NCBI GenBank assembly: GCA_018696595.1 | Contig: JABHQW010000008.1 | Span: 160,001-224,000 of the forward strand | Length of the DNA stretch: 64,000 nt | Direction: 5' to 3' | DNA from: Candidatus Woesearchaeota archaeon | GTDB taxonomy: Archaea > Nanobdellota > Nanobdellia > Woesearchaeales > GW2011-AR9 | Shown: piece by piece, positions 1 through 9,607 of the stretch | How the letters are laid out: each line of letters starts with the position of its first letter | Position numbering within the stretch: position 1 is the stretch's first letter | Made by a program: the position numbers and the translations under genes | The notes under the pieces: generated by a model | The model's database searches: none | What the model was told of the DNA's origin: nothing | Seen by the model: the letters and a program-made list of their open reading frames with translations, nothing else

Positions 1-87
1 GAGGAGAAAGTAAAATCATCCACAGAAATTGCTGAGATTGCTAATCAGGTTCAAGAATTATGTATGAAGTTCCCTTTGGAGATTTAA
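1..87 (+). CDS. 3' end of a gene entering the window; possibly the serine hydroxymethyltransferase C-terminus
   Basis: Frame 1 reads EEKVKSSTEIAEIANQVQELCMKFPLEI*, resembling the GlyA terminal 'V.ELC.KFPL' motif; only 28 aa visible. Confidence 0.4.
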   Translation, partial: EEKVKSSTEIAEIANQVQELCMKFPLEI

Positions 88-138
88 TATATCCTGAAGT
101 TACAATAAGTTTATATTTAAGACTTAAATAATAAAATT

Positions 139-639
139 ATGCCAAAACCAGACCATTATCTATTTGTAGTTGATACTGATATGCATGCTGGTTATTTTGA
201 GAGAGAATTGTGTGCCTACATTACTGGAAGTTTTGGAGAAGATCAAGTTGGGGAAACGGAAGCCCAAAAAGCAGAAGAAGAAGCTCTCGAATTAACCTCA
301 GAATTAGAAAAGATAATTGAATTTGTTCCTTCTCGAGATAATTGTTTGAGACCTTGTGAGATTTTTCCAAACCAAAATTATGGAACAAACAGAGAAGGCA
401 AAGCAATGAAAGTAACTGATGTAAACAAAAACCAATTAACTTTCCCGGCAAATACTAGCGTTGCTATTTATTTTAGTTCAATTCCTAGCCCTCAAGCAAT
501 AAAAACTATGAAAGAACGAGCAATCACCGTGGCATCTGAAGGAATTGGCAGACATAATGTTTTTCCAGAAATTGAAGGATTCAGATTATTAGAACAACAT
601 ACAACATATAATGAATTAAAAATGCCTTCTTCAAACTAA
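139..639 (+). CDS. hypothetical protein, 166 aa
   Basis: Clean ORF with normal composition; family not recognised. Confidence 0.6.
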   Translation: MPKPDHYLFVVDTDMHAGYFERELCAYITGSFGEDQVGETEAQKAEEEALELTSELEKIIEFVPSRDNCLRPCEIFPNQNYGTNREGKAMKVTDVNKNQLTFPANTSVAIYFSSIPSPQAIKTMKERAITVASEGIGRHNVFPEIEGFRLLEQHTTYNELKMPSSN

Positions 640-647
640 TTTTAACT

Positions 648-959
648 TTAATGTTTTTCCAAGAACTCTTTAACCCTACTTTCACCCTTAGGTTCTGCAG
701 CATCTCCGAGTTCATAATAGATTTTCTCAACAGTATCTCCCCAAGAGAATTCTCCTTTCTCTTCCTTGATTGTATTAATATTAATTTCTTTAGTTTGAGT
801 TCCTTTCCTTAAATGATAATATATGCTTCTTTGAGTCACAGGAGGAAACACTTCTTTGTAAATCTTAGAAATCTGATAACCGTAACCTTTTCCCAAGTAG
901 AATAAGATTTCAATTATGTTCTGTCGAATTTGACTTTTTGTGGGCCTTCCTCTTACCAT
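648..959 (-). CDS. winged-helix (PadR-like) DNA-binding protein
   Basis: IRQNIIEILFYLGKGYGYQISKIY...TQRSIYYHLRKG helix-turn-helix, then a wing ending KIYYELG. Confidence 0.65.
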   Translation of the reverse strand: MVRGRPTKSQIRQNIIEILFYLGKGYGYQISKIYKEVFPPVTQRSIYYHLRKGTQTKEININTIKEEKGEFSWGDTVEKIYYELGDAAEPKGESRVKEFLEKH

Positions 960-1064
960 AAAAAGTAAATGTCGTTCTTATTTATATTTGTTTTCCTTAT
1001 TGTAAATAAACCCCTCCACAAATTTTATATACTTCTCTGTCATTAAACATTCGGTGACATCAAA

Positions 1065-1295
1065 ATGAAAGCGTTTATCTTAGTTTCATTAAATGAAGGA
1101 AATGAACAAACAGTTTTAGATGAATTAAAAGCTATGCCAGAAATTGTTAACGCCTATGTTTTATTTGGAGAATGGGACATTTTGACAGAAGTCGAATTAT
1201 CAGGAGTTGAAGAGTTAGGGTCTTTTGTGATGGAGAAAATTCGTTCCAGAGAAGATGTAAAATTAACCAGTACATTAGTAGTAGCAGGAAAATAA
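1065..1295 (+). CDS. stand-alone Lrp/AsnC ligand-binding (RAM) domain protein
   Basis: MKAFILV...AYVLFGEWDILTEVE...IRSREDVKLTSTLVV is the Lrp C-terminal domain; no HTH. Confidence 0.85.
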   Translation: MKAFILVSLNEGNEQTVLDELKAMPEIVNAYVLFGEWDILTEVELSGVEELGSFVMEKIRSREDVKLTSTLVVAGK

Positions 1296-1607
1296 ATGGC
1301 TAAACCAGTAATTCCAAAAAGTAAACAGAAAGAAATTGCTAAAGAAAGGGTAAAAATTCTCTTTCAGCAAGCAGAAGAAGTTTTCTCTAAAAATAAATCT
1401 CTTGCTAATCGTTATGTAACTCTTGCTAGAAAGATATCAATGAAAGTAAAAATCAGAATCCCTTTAGAATTAAAAAGAAAATTCTGTAAACATTGTTACA
1501 AATTCATGATGCCAGGAGTTAATTCTAGAGTTCGTACTCGAGATGGCAAAGTAATCATTTCTTGTTTGGAATGTAAGAAGTTCACTCGAATTCTGACCAA
1601 AAAATAA
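1296..1607 (+). CDS. rnp4: ribonuclease P protein subunit Rpp21
   Basis: IAKERVKILFQQA, RYVTLARKISMK, KRKFCKHC...ISCLEC zinc ribbon. Confidence 0.93.
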   Translation: MAKPVIPKSKQKEIAKERVKILFQQAEEVFSKNKSLANRYVTLARKISMKVKIRIPLELKRKFCKHCYKFMMPGVNSRVRTRDGKVIISCLECKKFTRILTKK

Positions 1608-1716
1608 ATTTTTTATTTAATTTTACTTTTCCATTTTTGGAAAGAATATTCCCTTTAAGAAATATATATTTTAATAATAGAAAAGTATATAAATAAACAA
1701 ATCGTAAGAAACAACT

Positions 1717-1974
1717 ATGAGCCTATTTTTAGATTTACTAGATAAAAAAGTAATTAACATATTAAAAGTACTAACTAGTAATCCAAAAGAACATTTTCAT
1801 ATCCAAAAACTATCTTCTCGGGCTAAAGTTCCTTTGTCTTCTACATTCAGAATTGTCAATAGGTTGACTAAAATTAAAGTAATCACAATCACAAAAATAA
1901 ATAAATTCAAAATTTATCAAATAAATGAAGATAAAATGTCTGAATTGAAATTGTTATTGGGGGAGAACAAATGA
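1717..1974 (+). CDS. small winged-helix (ArsR/MarR-like) protein; first gene of a surface-protein operon
   Basis: FHIQKLSSRAKVPLSSTFRIVNRL HTH plus wing KFKIYQIN; ATGA overlap with the next gene. Confidence 0.7.
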   Translation: MSLFLDLLDKKVINILKVLTSNPKEHFHIQKLSSRAKVPLSSTFRIVNRLTKIKVITITKINKFKIYQINEDKMSELKLLLGENK

Positions 1975-3983
1975 AAAAAGGGCAAGTAACAATTTACATT
2001 ATACTAGGGATTTTACTTTTAATAGTTATCGCTTCAGCAATTACAATCACAATAATGACTTCTGTTAAACAGATTGAAGTAGAAAAAGAGAAAGTAGTTC
2101 AAGAAATCAGCGAAGGCGGACAGATAAAGATATTTATTGAATCTTGTTTAGAAAAAAGTACTAAAAAAGGCCTAAAAGAGATAGGATTAAAAGGGGGTTA
2201 TAACGATGTTCCATTATCAATTATTTATGGAAATGCTAGTTATTGGTTTGTTGATCAAATAAATATTCAACCCTCATTAGAAACTATCAAAAAAAGATTG
2301 GAAAGTTTTATTGAAAAAGACATTAAAAAATGTTTAAACTATTCTACTTTTGTTAAACAAGGGTTTATAGTTGAAGAAAATTTGCTAAAAAGTGAGATCA
2401 CTTTTGAAAGAGCAAACACACAATCTAAATTAAAATATCTAATTACAATTAAAAAAGGTTCTTTTGAAAAAGAATTTGACAATTTTGTGATTGAACTTAA
2501 GGTCCCATTTAGAGAAATGTTTGAAACCGCCTCACAAATAATAAATCTACAAATGGATGTAGACTTTAAAAGATTTTATCCTTTAGAAAATTTAAATATA
2601 ACTATAGTTGAAGTTTCTTATTCTCAACCAGAAGAGAACATTTTAATTTACATTATTAAAGAAAAAGAAGTTAGAGAGAATGAGGAATACCCTTTAATTT
2701 TTGCTAGTAAATTTGGACCTTCTTACTTAAAGAAAAGCATATCGTTGCAAGATAAAAGTAACGTTGTTTCTACAGTCTTGCCTTTAATTCTTAGTTCGAT
2801 TGATAAAATGATAAAACTAATTATTACCCCAGGAACAACGGTGAACTTAAATGGTGCTGCTGTAAAAGAAATTACGGTTCAACAATCTTATCCCGAAAGT
2901 GTTACAAGAGAAAATGTTCCTTTTATTGAAAAGTTAGATGATTCCGTTGAGTACGGTAATCTTACTTGGAATTTAACATACCCACTTTACCAATTTGAAC
3001 CAAGCGGAATGAGATTTAACGACCCACAAAGATTAATCATTCATTGGGATGAGAACCACTTGCCACGTATAGGTAGAATGGGAATATTATATTTTGATGA
3101 AACAGGGTGGCGCCCCTTGCCTTCTAAAGCAAACTATGATGAAAATTATATTTACACAGACCTTCCTGGTTGGGGTTCACCACAAACTATCAACCCACAA
3201 GATAATTTTATTGGTGCAGCAATCAGCGGTTTGGCCACAATAGATCCTCAATCAGAAGCAATTAAACCAAAAATTACTGCAGTAGATTGTGGTAAACAAG
3301 TCCGTAAATCAGTAAGTACTTCTGCTAAGATTGATCCAGGAGGAGGATGTTTTGCCAAATTAGGAATTATGATTGTTGTTATAATTATCCTGATTGTTAT
3401 AATGATTGTAACTTTTGGTGCTGCAGGTCCCGCCGAGGTAGCAGCATTAGCTGCTTATCAAAGTACACTAGCGGCAACCGGTTCTATTGAATTGGCAACT
3501 ACTGCTGCAGAAATCGCAGCCCTTACTGCCTTAGAGGCTTCTGTAGCGGCAGGAACTATGACTTCTGCTGCTGCAATAGCAGCGGCGTCAGCTGCGGCAA
3601 CAGCGGCGTCAGCAGGAACACTAGGCAGTGTATTTATTACTGGTGGTGCAGCAGCTGCTAGTTTCTGGGCAAACTTGGGAGCAGTAAGTTTTGCGGGTTG
3701 GGGGTTAGCTGTCGGTGGTGCATTAGTTGGAGGAATGCTTCTTAGCGGAGCGATGGCTTTTGGAGCGGGACATGATTCAATATCTTTCACACCTACATGT
3801 GATCAAACAATTGACATTCATCTTTCTGAGAATGGTGGAAGTGGGGGATGTAGTCCCAGTGGAGAAATCCAAGTTAGTGGTGGAGAACCAGTGAGTATCA
3901 AGTCACAAATTAGAAAATGCAGCTTTATACGGGGGATGATTTGTATAGACTGCTCGATTAAATGTGGTACAAGATATAAATGA
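1971..3983 (+). CDS. class III signal peptide (pilin-like) surface protein with a ZU5-like beta domain, a long Ala/Gly hydrophobic segment and a Cys-rich C-terminus
   Basis: MKKG/QVTIYIILGILLLIVI; YQFEPSGMRFNDPQRLIIHWD...GILYFDETGWRPLPS; about 135 aa hydrophobic Ala/Gly tract. Confidence 0.75.
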   Translation: MKKGQVTIYIILGILLLIVIASAITITIMTSVKQIEVEKEKVVQEISEGGQIKIFIESCLEKSTKKGLKEIGLKGGYNDVPLSIIYGNASYWFVDQINIQPSLETIKKRLESFIEKDIKKCLNYSTFVKQGFIVEENLLKSEITFERANTQSKLKYLITIKKGSFEKEFDNFVIELKVPFREMFETASQIINLQMDVDFKRFYPLENLNITIVEVSYSQPEENILIYIIKEKEVRENEEYPLIFASKFGPSYLKKSISLQDKSNVVSTVLPLILSSIDKMIKLIITPGTTVNLNGAAVKEITVQQSYPESVTRENVPFIEKLDDSVEYGNLTWNLTYPLYQFEPSGMRFNDPQRLIIHWDENHLPRIGRMGILYFDETGWRPLPSKANYDENYIYTDLPGWGSPQTINPQDNFIGAAISGLATIDPQSEAIKPKITAVDCGKQVRKSVSTSAKIDPGGGCFAKLGIMIVVIIILIVIMIVTFGAAGPAEVAALAAYQSTLAATGSIELATTAAEIAALTALEASVAAGTMTSAAAIAAASAAATAASAGTLGSVFITGGAAAASFWANLGAVSFAGWGLAVGGALVGGMLLSGAMAFGAGHDSISFTPTCDQTIDIHLSENGGSGGCSPSGEIQVSGGEPVSIKSQIRKCSFIRGMICIDCSIKCGTRYK

Positions 3984-5812
3984 AAGAAGAAAATAAAAAA
4001 CAAATCTTTGTATTTTTAAGTATTGTGATAACTATAGTTTTAACTTTTACTTTAATATCAAATAGAGAAAATTTTGTAGGATTAGTTGCTTATGCCAACA
4101 TTGGTTGTTGTGATTTGATTTGTCAGGAAACTTCTTTAGCAGAATGTCCTGGTAATCTTCATCCCGGACAAGATTGTAATAGTATAAAGCAATGTAATGT
4201 TGGTTGTTGCATTGATAAAGAAGGATATTGTTTGGACAATTACTTGAAAGGCAGTTGTGAAGATCAAGGGACTTTCGAAGCTAAAAGTTGTATTAATGTT
4301 CCACAATGCGTTGTAGAAAAAGAAAAACAAGATATGGCCCAATCAATTGGTTACCCAATAATTTATACTCAAGACAGTCTAATTTTCTCGGAACCGATAA
4401 CTGGAAAATGGGGTCTGCCTTTTGTAGTAAAAGCTTTATTATTCAAACAGGAGAATATAAGTAATATTGATGTCCAAATAACCAGCACAGATCACTTAGA
4501 AAACTTAACTCTTTTTGATGATGGTAATCATGGAGATGGTAATGCAAACGATAATCTTTTTGCAGCAGTTTGGCAAAGCAAAAATGTCCCCCCATTTAAA
4601 GGAATTAAGAATTTTGAATTAAGTCAAAACGGAAATAAGAACAATTTAATTCTTTCTGCAAGTGATTGTTTGCCATTAGGTGGCCATTCAATAAATACAA
4701 ATAATACCCAAAACATAATTTTTGTTGGATATGAAGAAAATAAGGAAATTACTTTCTTTAAAAATAAAGCCAATAATTTGTTTAATGTGATTACTGAAAT
4801 TGCAATTAAAAAGAGTCTGGCCAATATTGAATCAGTAGAAGAATATTTTTCAGAAAATAGTTACAATTATTATGTGTTAGCACAATCAATAGATCAACCA
4901 AATAAAAATTTAGTCTTAGATAAAGTAATTAACCAATGCAATTTTATTTTTAATATAAATGAAACGCCTTCAAATGAAACAAATGACGAAATAACCAAAA
5001 TAAAAAACATAATCTTTTTCTTAGATGAAGATTTTCCTTACTGTGAACAAAATAAAGATTATGTCCACGTCAACCCGGATTTTATGATTAATGCTTCTGT
5101 TACAAGTGACAATACAACTCAAACAGATTTTATTGAAAACTTCTGTGATTATGTAATAACTAAAGAAGAACTTAAAAATAAATATATGAGTGAACTGGTG
5201 CCACCTTACATCCAAATTAATGAAATTATTTTTAATCAGGAAGATAATCCAGAAATAAATTTGGATTTTACGATTTATGATAATAAAAATGAAACAATCA
5301 ATTATACTATCTATTTGGATTTAGATCATCCTTTAATGTATTTAAAACAAAACTTGACAACCAATGGAACTAAGATTAATTTAAACTTAACAATTCCGGA
5401 TGGGAAACACATAATGTGGATTGAGGCTGAAGATATAGATGGAAATATGGAATTATCAAAAGCGATACCAATTGAAAAGAATGTTAACGATTTCAGAGTT
5501 ATAATCAACTCCTTAGATGAAGTCTCGCACCTCACCTCTCCAGAAATAAGATTTGGTGTTTTTCATAAAGTTCCTGATTTTGATTTAAGTTACGAAATTT
5601 ATGCAAACAAAGAAGTTATATCTAAAGGGGAAGTTAAACCATTATTTGAAAAATCTGTCAAAACAGAACTTCCTGATGGGGAATATGTTATTTATATTGT
5701 TATAACAGACAAAAAAGGCAATAAGGCTAGTTCATGGCCGTACAAGATAATTGTTGGGACAGAAGTACAACCAGAAACTTATAGTGCAAATATTGAGTGG
5801 TATGAAGAATGA
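3980..5812 (+). CDS. exported Cys-rich protein with choice-of-anchor X-like and Ig-like domains
   Basis: N-terminal hydrophobic helix; CNVGCC Cys module; LTLFDDGNHGDGNANDNLFAAVW motif; C-terminal beta-rich repeats. Confidence 0.7.
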   Translation: MKEENKKQIFVFLSIVITIVLTFTLISNRENFVGLVAYANIGCCDLICQETSLAECPGNLHPGQDCNSIKQCNVGCCIDKEGYCLDNYLKGSCEDQGTFEAKSCINVPQCVVEKEKQDMAQSIGYPIIYTQDSLIFSEPITGKWGLPFVVKALLFKQENISNIDVQITSTDHLENLTLFDDGNHGDGNANDNLFAAVWQSKNVPPFKGIKNFELSQNGNKNNLILSASDCLPLGGHSINTNNTQNIIFVGYEENKEITFFKNKANNLFNVITEIAIKKSLANIESVEEYFSENSYNYYVLAQSIDQPNKNLVLDKVINQCNFIFNINETPSNETNDEITKIKNIIFFLDEDFPYCEQNKDYVHVNPDFMINASVTSDNTTQTDFIENFCDYVITKEELKNKYMSELVPPYIQINEIIFNQEDNPEINLDFTIYDNKNETINYTIYLDLDHPLMYLKQNLTTNGTKINLNLTIPDGKHIMWIEAEDIDGNMELSKAIPIEKNVNDFRVIINSLDEVSHLTSPEIRFGVFHKVPDFDLSYEIYANKEVISKGEVKPLFEKSVKTELPDGEYVIYIVITDKKGNKASSWPYKIIVGTEVQPETYSANIEWYEE

Positions 5813-6645
5813 TTAAAAAAATTGGTTTAAGTATGTTGTTTTTCACTTTCCTGTTGCTAGTTAGTACAATAGCGGATCCTTTATACTCAGTTTCTTTAGT
5901 TAACACAGATCAGGGTTTAGCTTATTCAAACACTGAAATCACAGAAGGGAAAATCCCCCCCTTATTGAATGAAGGGACGGTAACAATAAAAATTATTGAT
6001 TTCTCGGGAAATATGTTGTATGAAAATAAAGTATCTCCCCCCTTGTTCCAACCTTTCCAATTATTTGTTCCTTACTACAAGAATGGAAAAGAAATAAAAA
6101 TCATTACAGATAATGAAGTTCCCCTTTCAATAGAAGTTAATCATTTTGCTGATACTTGTGGAAATGATATCTGTGAGGACCATGAAAATTTTGATCTTTG
6201 TAAAGATGATTGTGCTCCTAATGAAAAAGATTCTTATTGTAATAAAGAAACAAACAATGTTTGTGACCCAGATTGTACAGAAGGAGAAGATATTGATTGT
6301 GAAAAAGAAAAAAAGATAATTGGAGAAGATGAAAACATTAATTATGAAGAATCTAAAGAAGCTGAAAAGGAAAAAGTTGTTGGAGATGAGAAAAAAGAAG
6401 GAGAAAAAGGATTTCCTTGGTGGATAATTTTATTATTGTTAGTAATCTCACTATTTATTGCTTTAATTATTTTCTTAATTGGCCATGATAAGAAAAAACA
6501 CGAAAATGAAAGATTAAAACCAATGAGCAATTATATCCAAAAATATCTTCAGCAAGGATATTTACTTAAACAAATAAAATTAGAATTAATTAAATCTGGA
6601 TATAAAGAAAAAGATATTGAAAAAGCTTATAGATTGGTAAAATGA
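5809..6645 (+). CDS. membrane-anchored Cys-rich surface protein
   Basis: Signal peptide; CGNDICEDHENFDLCKDDC and DSYCNKETNNVCDPDC repeats; TM WWIILLLLVISLFIALIIFLI; small cytoplasmic helical domain. Confidence 0.75.
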   Translation: MIKKIGLSMLFFTFLLLVSTIADPLYSVSLVNTDQGLAYSNTEITEGKIPPLLNEGTVTIKIIDFSGNMLYENKVSPPLFQPFQLFVPYYKNGKEIKIITDNEVPLSIEVNHFADTCGNDICEDHENFDLCKDDCAPNEKDSYCNKETNNVCDPDCTEGEDIDCEKEKKIIGEDENINYEESKEAEKEKVVGDEKKEGEKGFPWWIILLLLVISLFIALIIFLIGHDKKKHENERLKPMSNYIQKYLQQGYLLKQIKLELIKSGYKEKDIEKAYRLVK

Positions 6646-6687
6646 TTAATTTTTAAATTGAAAATTAAAAAAGTAAGAAGAAAAAAA

Positions 6688-9000
6688 TTATTTCTCTCTT
6701 TCAGCATCCAATAACAGTTTCTTTTCAGTCTTAGCAACAACATGTCTAATCTCCCTAACCGCATCAGCATTAGCAGAAATCGAATCAACACCTTGATGTA
6801 CTAAAAACTCTGCCATCTCTGGACGAGAACCAGCTTGACCACAAATTGAACTTTTCACGCCATACTTCTTACAAACTTTAATCACTTTTGCAATTTCTCC
6901 TAAAACGGCAGGATGCATTTCATCAAACAGTTTAGAAATTTTAGCATTGTTCCGATCAATTCCTAAAGTCAACTGAGTTAAATCGTTTGTTCCAAATGAA
7001 ACAAATGAAATCCCTTCTTTACATAAATCTTCAATAATCCAGCAAGAGGCAGGAGTTTCTATCATTACCCCAAAATCAACATCTTTACATGGTTCTAAAC
7101 CAATCTCTCGCATAACTGCTTTAGCTTTCTTAACTTCATCTGCACGAATCACAAACGGCAGCATGATTCCCACATTATCCATACCTTCATCATGTAATTC
7201 TTTAATTGCTTGAAATTCTGCTTTTAATATTCTTGGCTCATCTAATAATCTTCTTATAGCATGCCAACCAATCATTGGATCACTTTCATGAGGCTCTTGA
7301 TCTCCGCCTTGCAAATTTCGGTATTCATCTGAACGCATATCTGAACATCTTACCCAAACCGGTTTATGGGGAAAGGCTTTAGCAATCTTACCAATACCTT
7401 CTTTTAACAAATTAACATAATCTTGATCTTTATCTTGCCTAATATACTCCGCAGGGTGAACTTTACCAGAAGCGATCATAATTTCTAAACGAACCAACCC
7501 AACCCCGTCTGGATTTGTTACAGCTGCTTTTTCGGCCATGTCTGGAAGATCTAAAATTATTTTTATATCTGTAGCTGTAACTATTTCTTCTCCTGTAGAA
7601 ACTTGTGTTGGAGCGGCTATTGTTTCCTTGACTTTCATGATCCCATCATAAACTATCCCCCTTGTAGCATGAACAGTAATTTCTTGAGCATCTTTTAAAA
7701 TTTCAGTAGCGTGTTCTGTTCCCACAATACAAGGAGTACCCATTTCTCTAGAAACAATAGCGGCATGACAAGTCATCCCACCTTCATCTGTAACTATAGC
7801 GCCTGCTTTTTGCATTGCCGGAACCATATCAGGAGTAGTCATTTTAGTTACCATTATGTCTCCTTTCTCAATTTTGTTTAACTCAGAAGCATCCTTAATT
7901 ATTCTTACTTTTCCAGCATAAACTCCACGTGAAGCAGTTTCTCCTTTAATTAAAATTTTTCCTGCTTCTTCATCAGTTGCAGACCCTTGCTCTGTTTTTT
8001 CTTCAACTTTTTCTTCTTTATGAAAAGTTGTAACTGCTCTTGCTTGAACAATTAAAATATCATTTCCTTCAATTGCCCATTCAATGTCCATCGGTTTTTG
8101 ATAATGGTCTTCAATCTTTTTTCCTAAACGAGCAAGTTCTCTAACTTCAGAATCAGGAACCACTTGTCTTTCCTGGTTTTCTTTAGGAATATCTTGTTTT
8201 TCGTTCTCTCCGTTTTCATTCCTAAATAAACCCCATTCCTGTTTCTTTATTTTTGTAGATTTTATTGCTTTAGTATTTTTATCAACAATGTAAGTGTCAG
8301 GATTGACTTCCCCTCCAACAATTGATTCACCTAATCCATAAACACCTTCAACTACAATTTCATCTTCTTGGTTTGTACTTGGATTAATTGTAAACATAAT
8401 TCCTGCCCGATCAGAATTAACCATTTTTTGTATAATTGCAGAAATTAAAACTTTTTCATGATCAAATTTGTTCTTTGTCCTGTAATATATTGCTCTAGCT
8501 GTAAACAAAGATGCCCAGCATGCTCTTACTGCAGTTATCACCTGGTTTTTACCTTTAATATTGAGATAAGTTGCTTGTTGTCCCGCAAATGATGCTTCAG
8601 GTAAATCTTCTGCAGTTGCACTAGATCTTACTGCAACAAAAACTTCTTTCGCTTCAATTAAATCATGTGCTTCCTTTTCTGCTCCCAGAAGTTCATAATT
8701 ATCTATAATCTCTTCCTTAATTTCTTCAGGGATTTCAGTGTCTGTAATGATTTTCTGAATTTGTTTTGCTACTTCTTGTAACTTAGCAGTATCATCGACA
8801 TTTAAACCAAACAATTGTGCTAAAATTTTATCTTTGATTCCTGTCTTTTCAATAAACTCTTTGTAAGTTTGAGCAGTAACTGCGAAACCATTTGGGACTG
8901 GTAAACCAGCATTAATCATCTCAGCGAGATTTGCACCCTTCCCTCCCGCAGTAGCAATAGAATCTTTATTTAAATCTTTAAACCAAGCAACGTATGACAT
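6688..9000 (-). CDS. ppsA: phosphoenolpyruvate synthase (pyruvate, water dikinase)
   Basis: GGKGANLAEM, VAVRSSATAEDLPEASFAGQQ, phospho-His motif GGMTCHAAIVSRE, FVSFGTNDLTQ, ICGQAGS. Confidence 0.97.
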   Translation of the reverse strand: MSYVAWFKDLNKDSIATAGGKGANLAEMINAGLPVPNGFAVTAQTYKEFIEKTGIKDKILAQLFGLNVDDTAKLQEVAKQIQKIITDTEIPEEIKEEIIDNYELLGAEKEAHDLIEAKEVFVAVRSSATAEDLPEASFAGQQATYLNIKGKNQVITAVRACWASLFTARAIYYRTKNKFDHEKVLISAIIQKMVNSDRAGIMFTINPSTNQEDEIVVEGVYGLGESIVGGEVNPDTYIVDKNTKAIKSTKIKKQEWGLFRNENGENEKQDIPKENQERQVVPDSEVRELARLGKKIEDHYQKPMDIEWAIEGNDILIVQARAVTTFHKEEKVEEKTEQGSATDEEAGKILIKGETASRGVYAGKVRIIKDASELNKIEKGDIMVTKMTTPDMVPAMQKAGAIVTDEGGMTCHAAIVSREMGTPCIVGTEHATEILKDAQEITVHATRGIVYDGIMKVKETIAAPTQVSTGEEIVTATDIKIILDLPDMAEKAAVTNPDGVGLVRLEIMIASGKVHPAEYIRQDKDQDYVNLLKEGIGKIAKAFPHKPVWVRCSDMRSDEYRNLQGGDQEPHESDPMIGWHAIRRLLDEPRILKAEFQAIKELHDEGMDNVGIMLPFVIRADEVKKAKAVMREIGLEPCKDVDFGVMIETPASCWIIEDLCKEGISFVSFGTNDLTQLTLGIDRNNAKISKLFDEMHPAVLGEIAKVIKVCKKYGVKSSICGQAGSRPEMAEFLVHQGVDSISANADAVREIRHVVAKTEKKLLLDAEREK

Positions 9001-9111
9001 TTGTAAGCACCTCTTTTGAATAATTGTTAAAGAATTAAATTATTATTTAAACTTATCTTTAATAGAATAAAATAAATTAAAAAAATAAGAACTGATATTA
9101 TATTTTAACAG

Positions 9112-9459
9112 TTATTCTTCATCCAAATCTTCGCCGAAATCATCTGTATCTTCAATACTTTCATCATACATTGGTTTATCGGGAATTCTTTCCAAAGATT
9201 CTTTGCTTACAGTTTCAAACTTTTTCCTTCTGGGTGCTGGACGATCTTTCTTCTCTAGTTTTTTAACAACTTCAGCAAAACCAACTTTTTCTAATACTTT
9301 AGTAACTTTTACTAAAACAAAATCATTTTCTTTTGTGTTAGCAACAAATAACACAAAACCTTTAACTCTAGCGATCCCGTCACCTTTTCCACCAACAGAA
9401 TCTATATGCACTTCATACTGTTCTCCCGCTTTAACCGGGGCTGTTCTACTTTCATTCAT
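9112..9459 (-). CDS. single TRAM-domain RNA-binding protein with acidic tail
   Basis: APVKAGEQYEVHIDSVGGKGDGIARVKGFVLFV; GGAGGT RBS upstream. Confidence 0.9.
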   Translation of the reverse strand: MNESRTAPVKAGEQYEVHIDSVGGKGDGIARVKGFVLFVANTKENDFVLVKVTKVLEKVGFAEVVKKLEKKDRPAPRRKKFETVSKESLERIPDKPMYDESIEDTDDFGEDLDEE

Positions 9460-9607
9460 TTATACGTACCTCCGAGTACTAGTTCTAGATTTATGAGAAT
9501 TAGACTGTGAATTTGTATTTATTTGCTTCATAACTTTAATTGTTTATTTGCTTTAATATTATATAAATGTTGTGTAAAAAATAAAAGAAAAATAAAAAGA
9601 AAGAAAA

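Noticed and set aside
3458-3790. 110-aa Ala-rich minus-strand ORF
   Set aside because: Antisense shadow of the GCN-rich hydrophobic tract of the 1971-3983 gene; no independent signals
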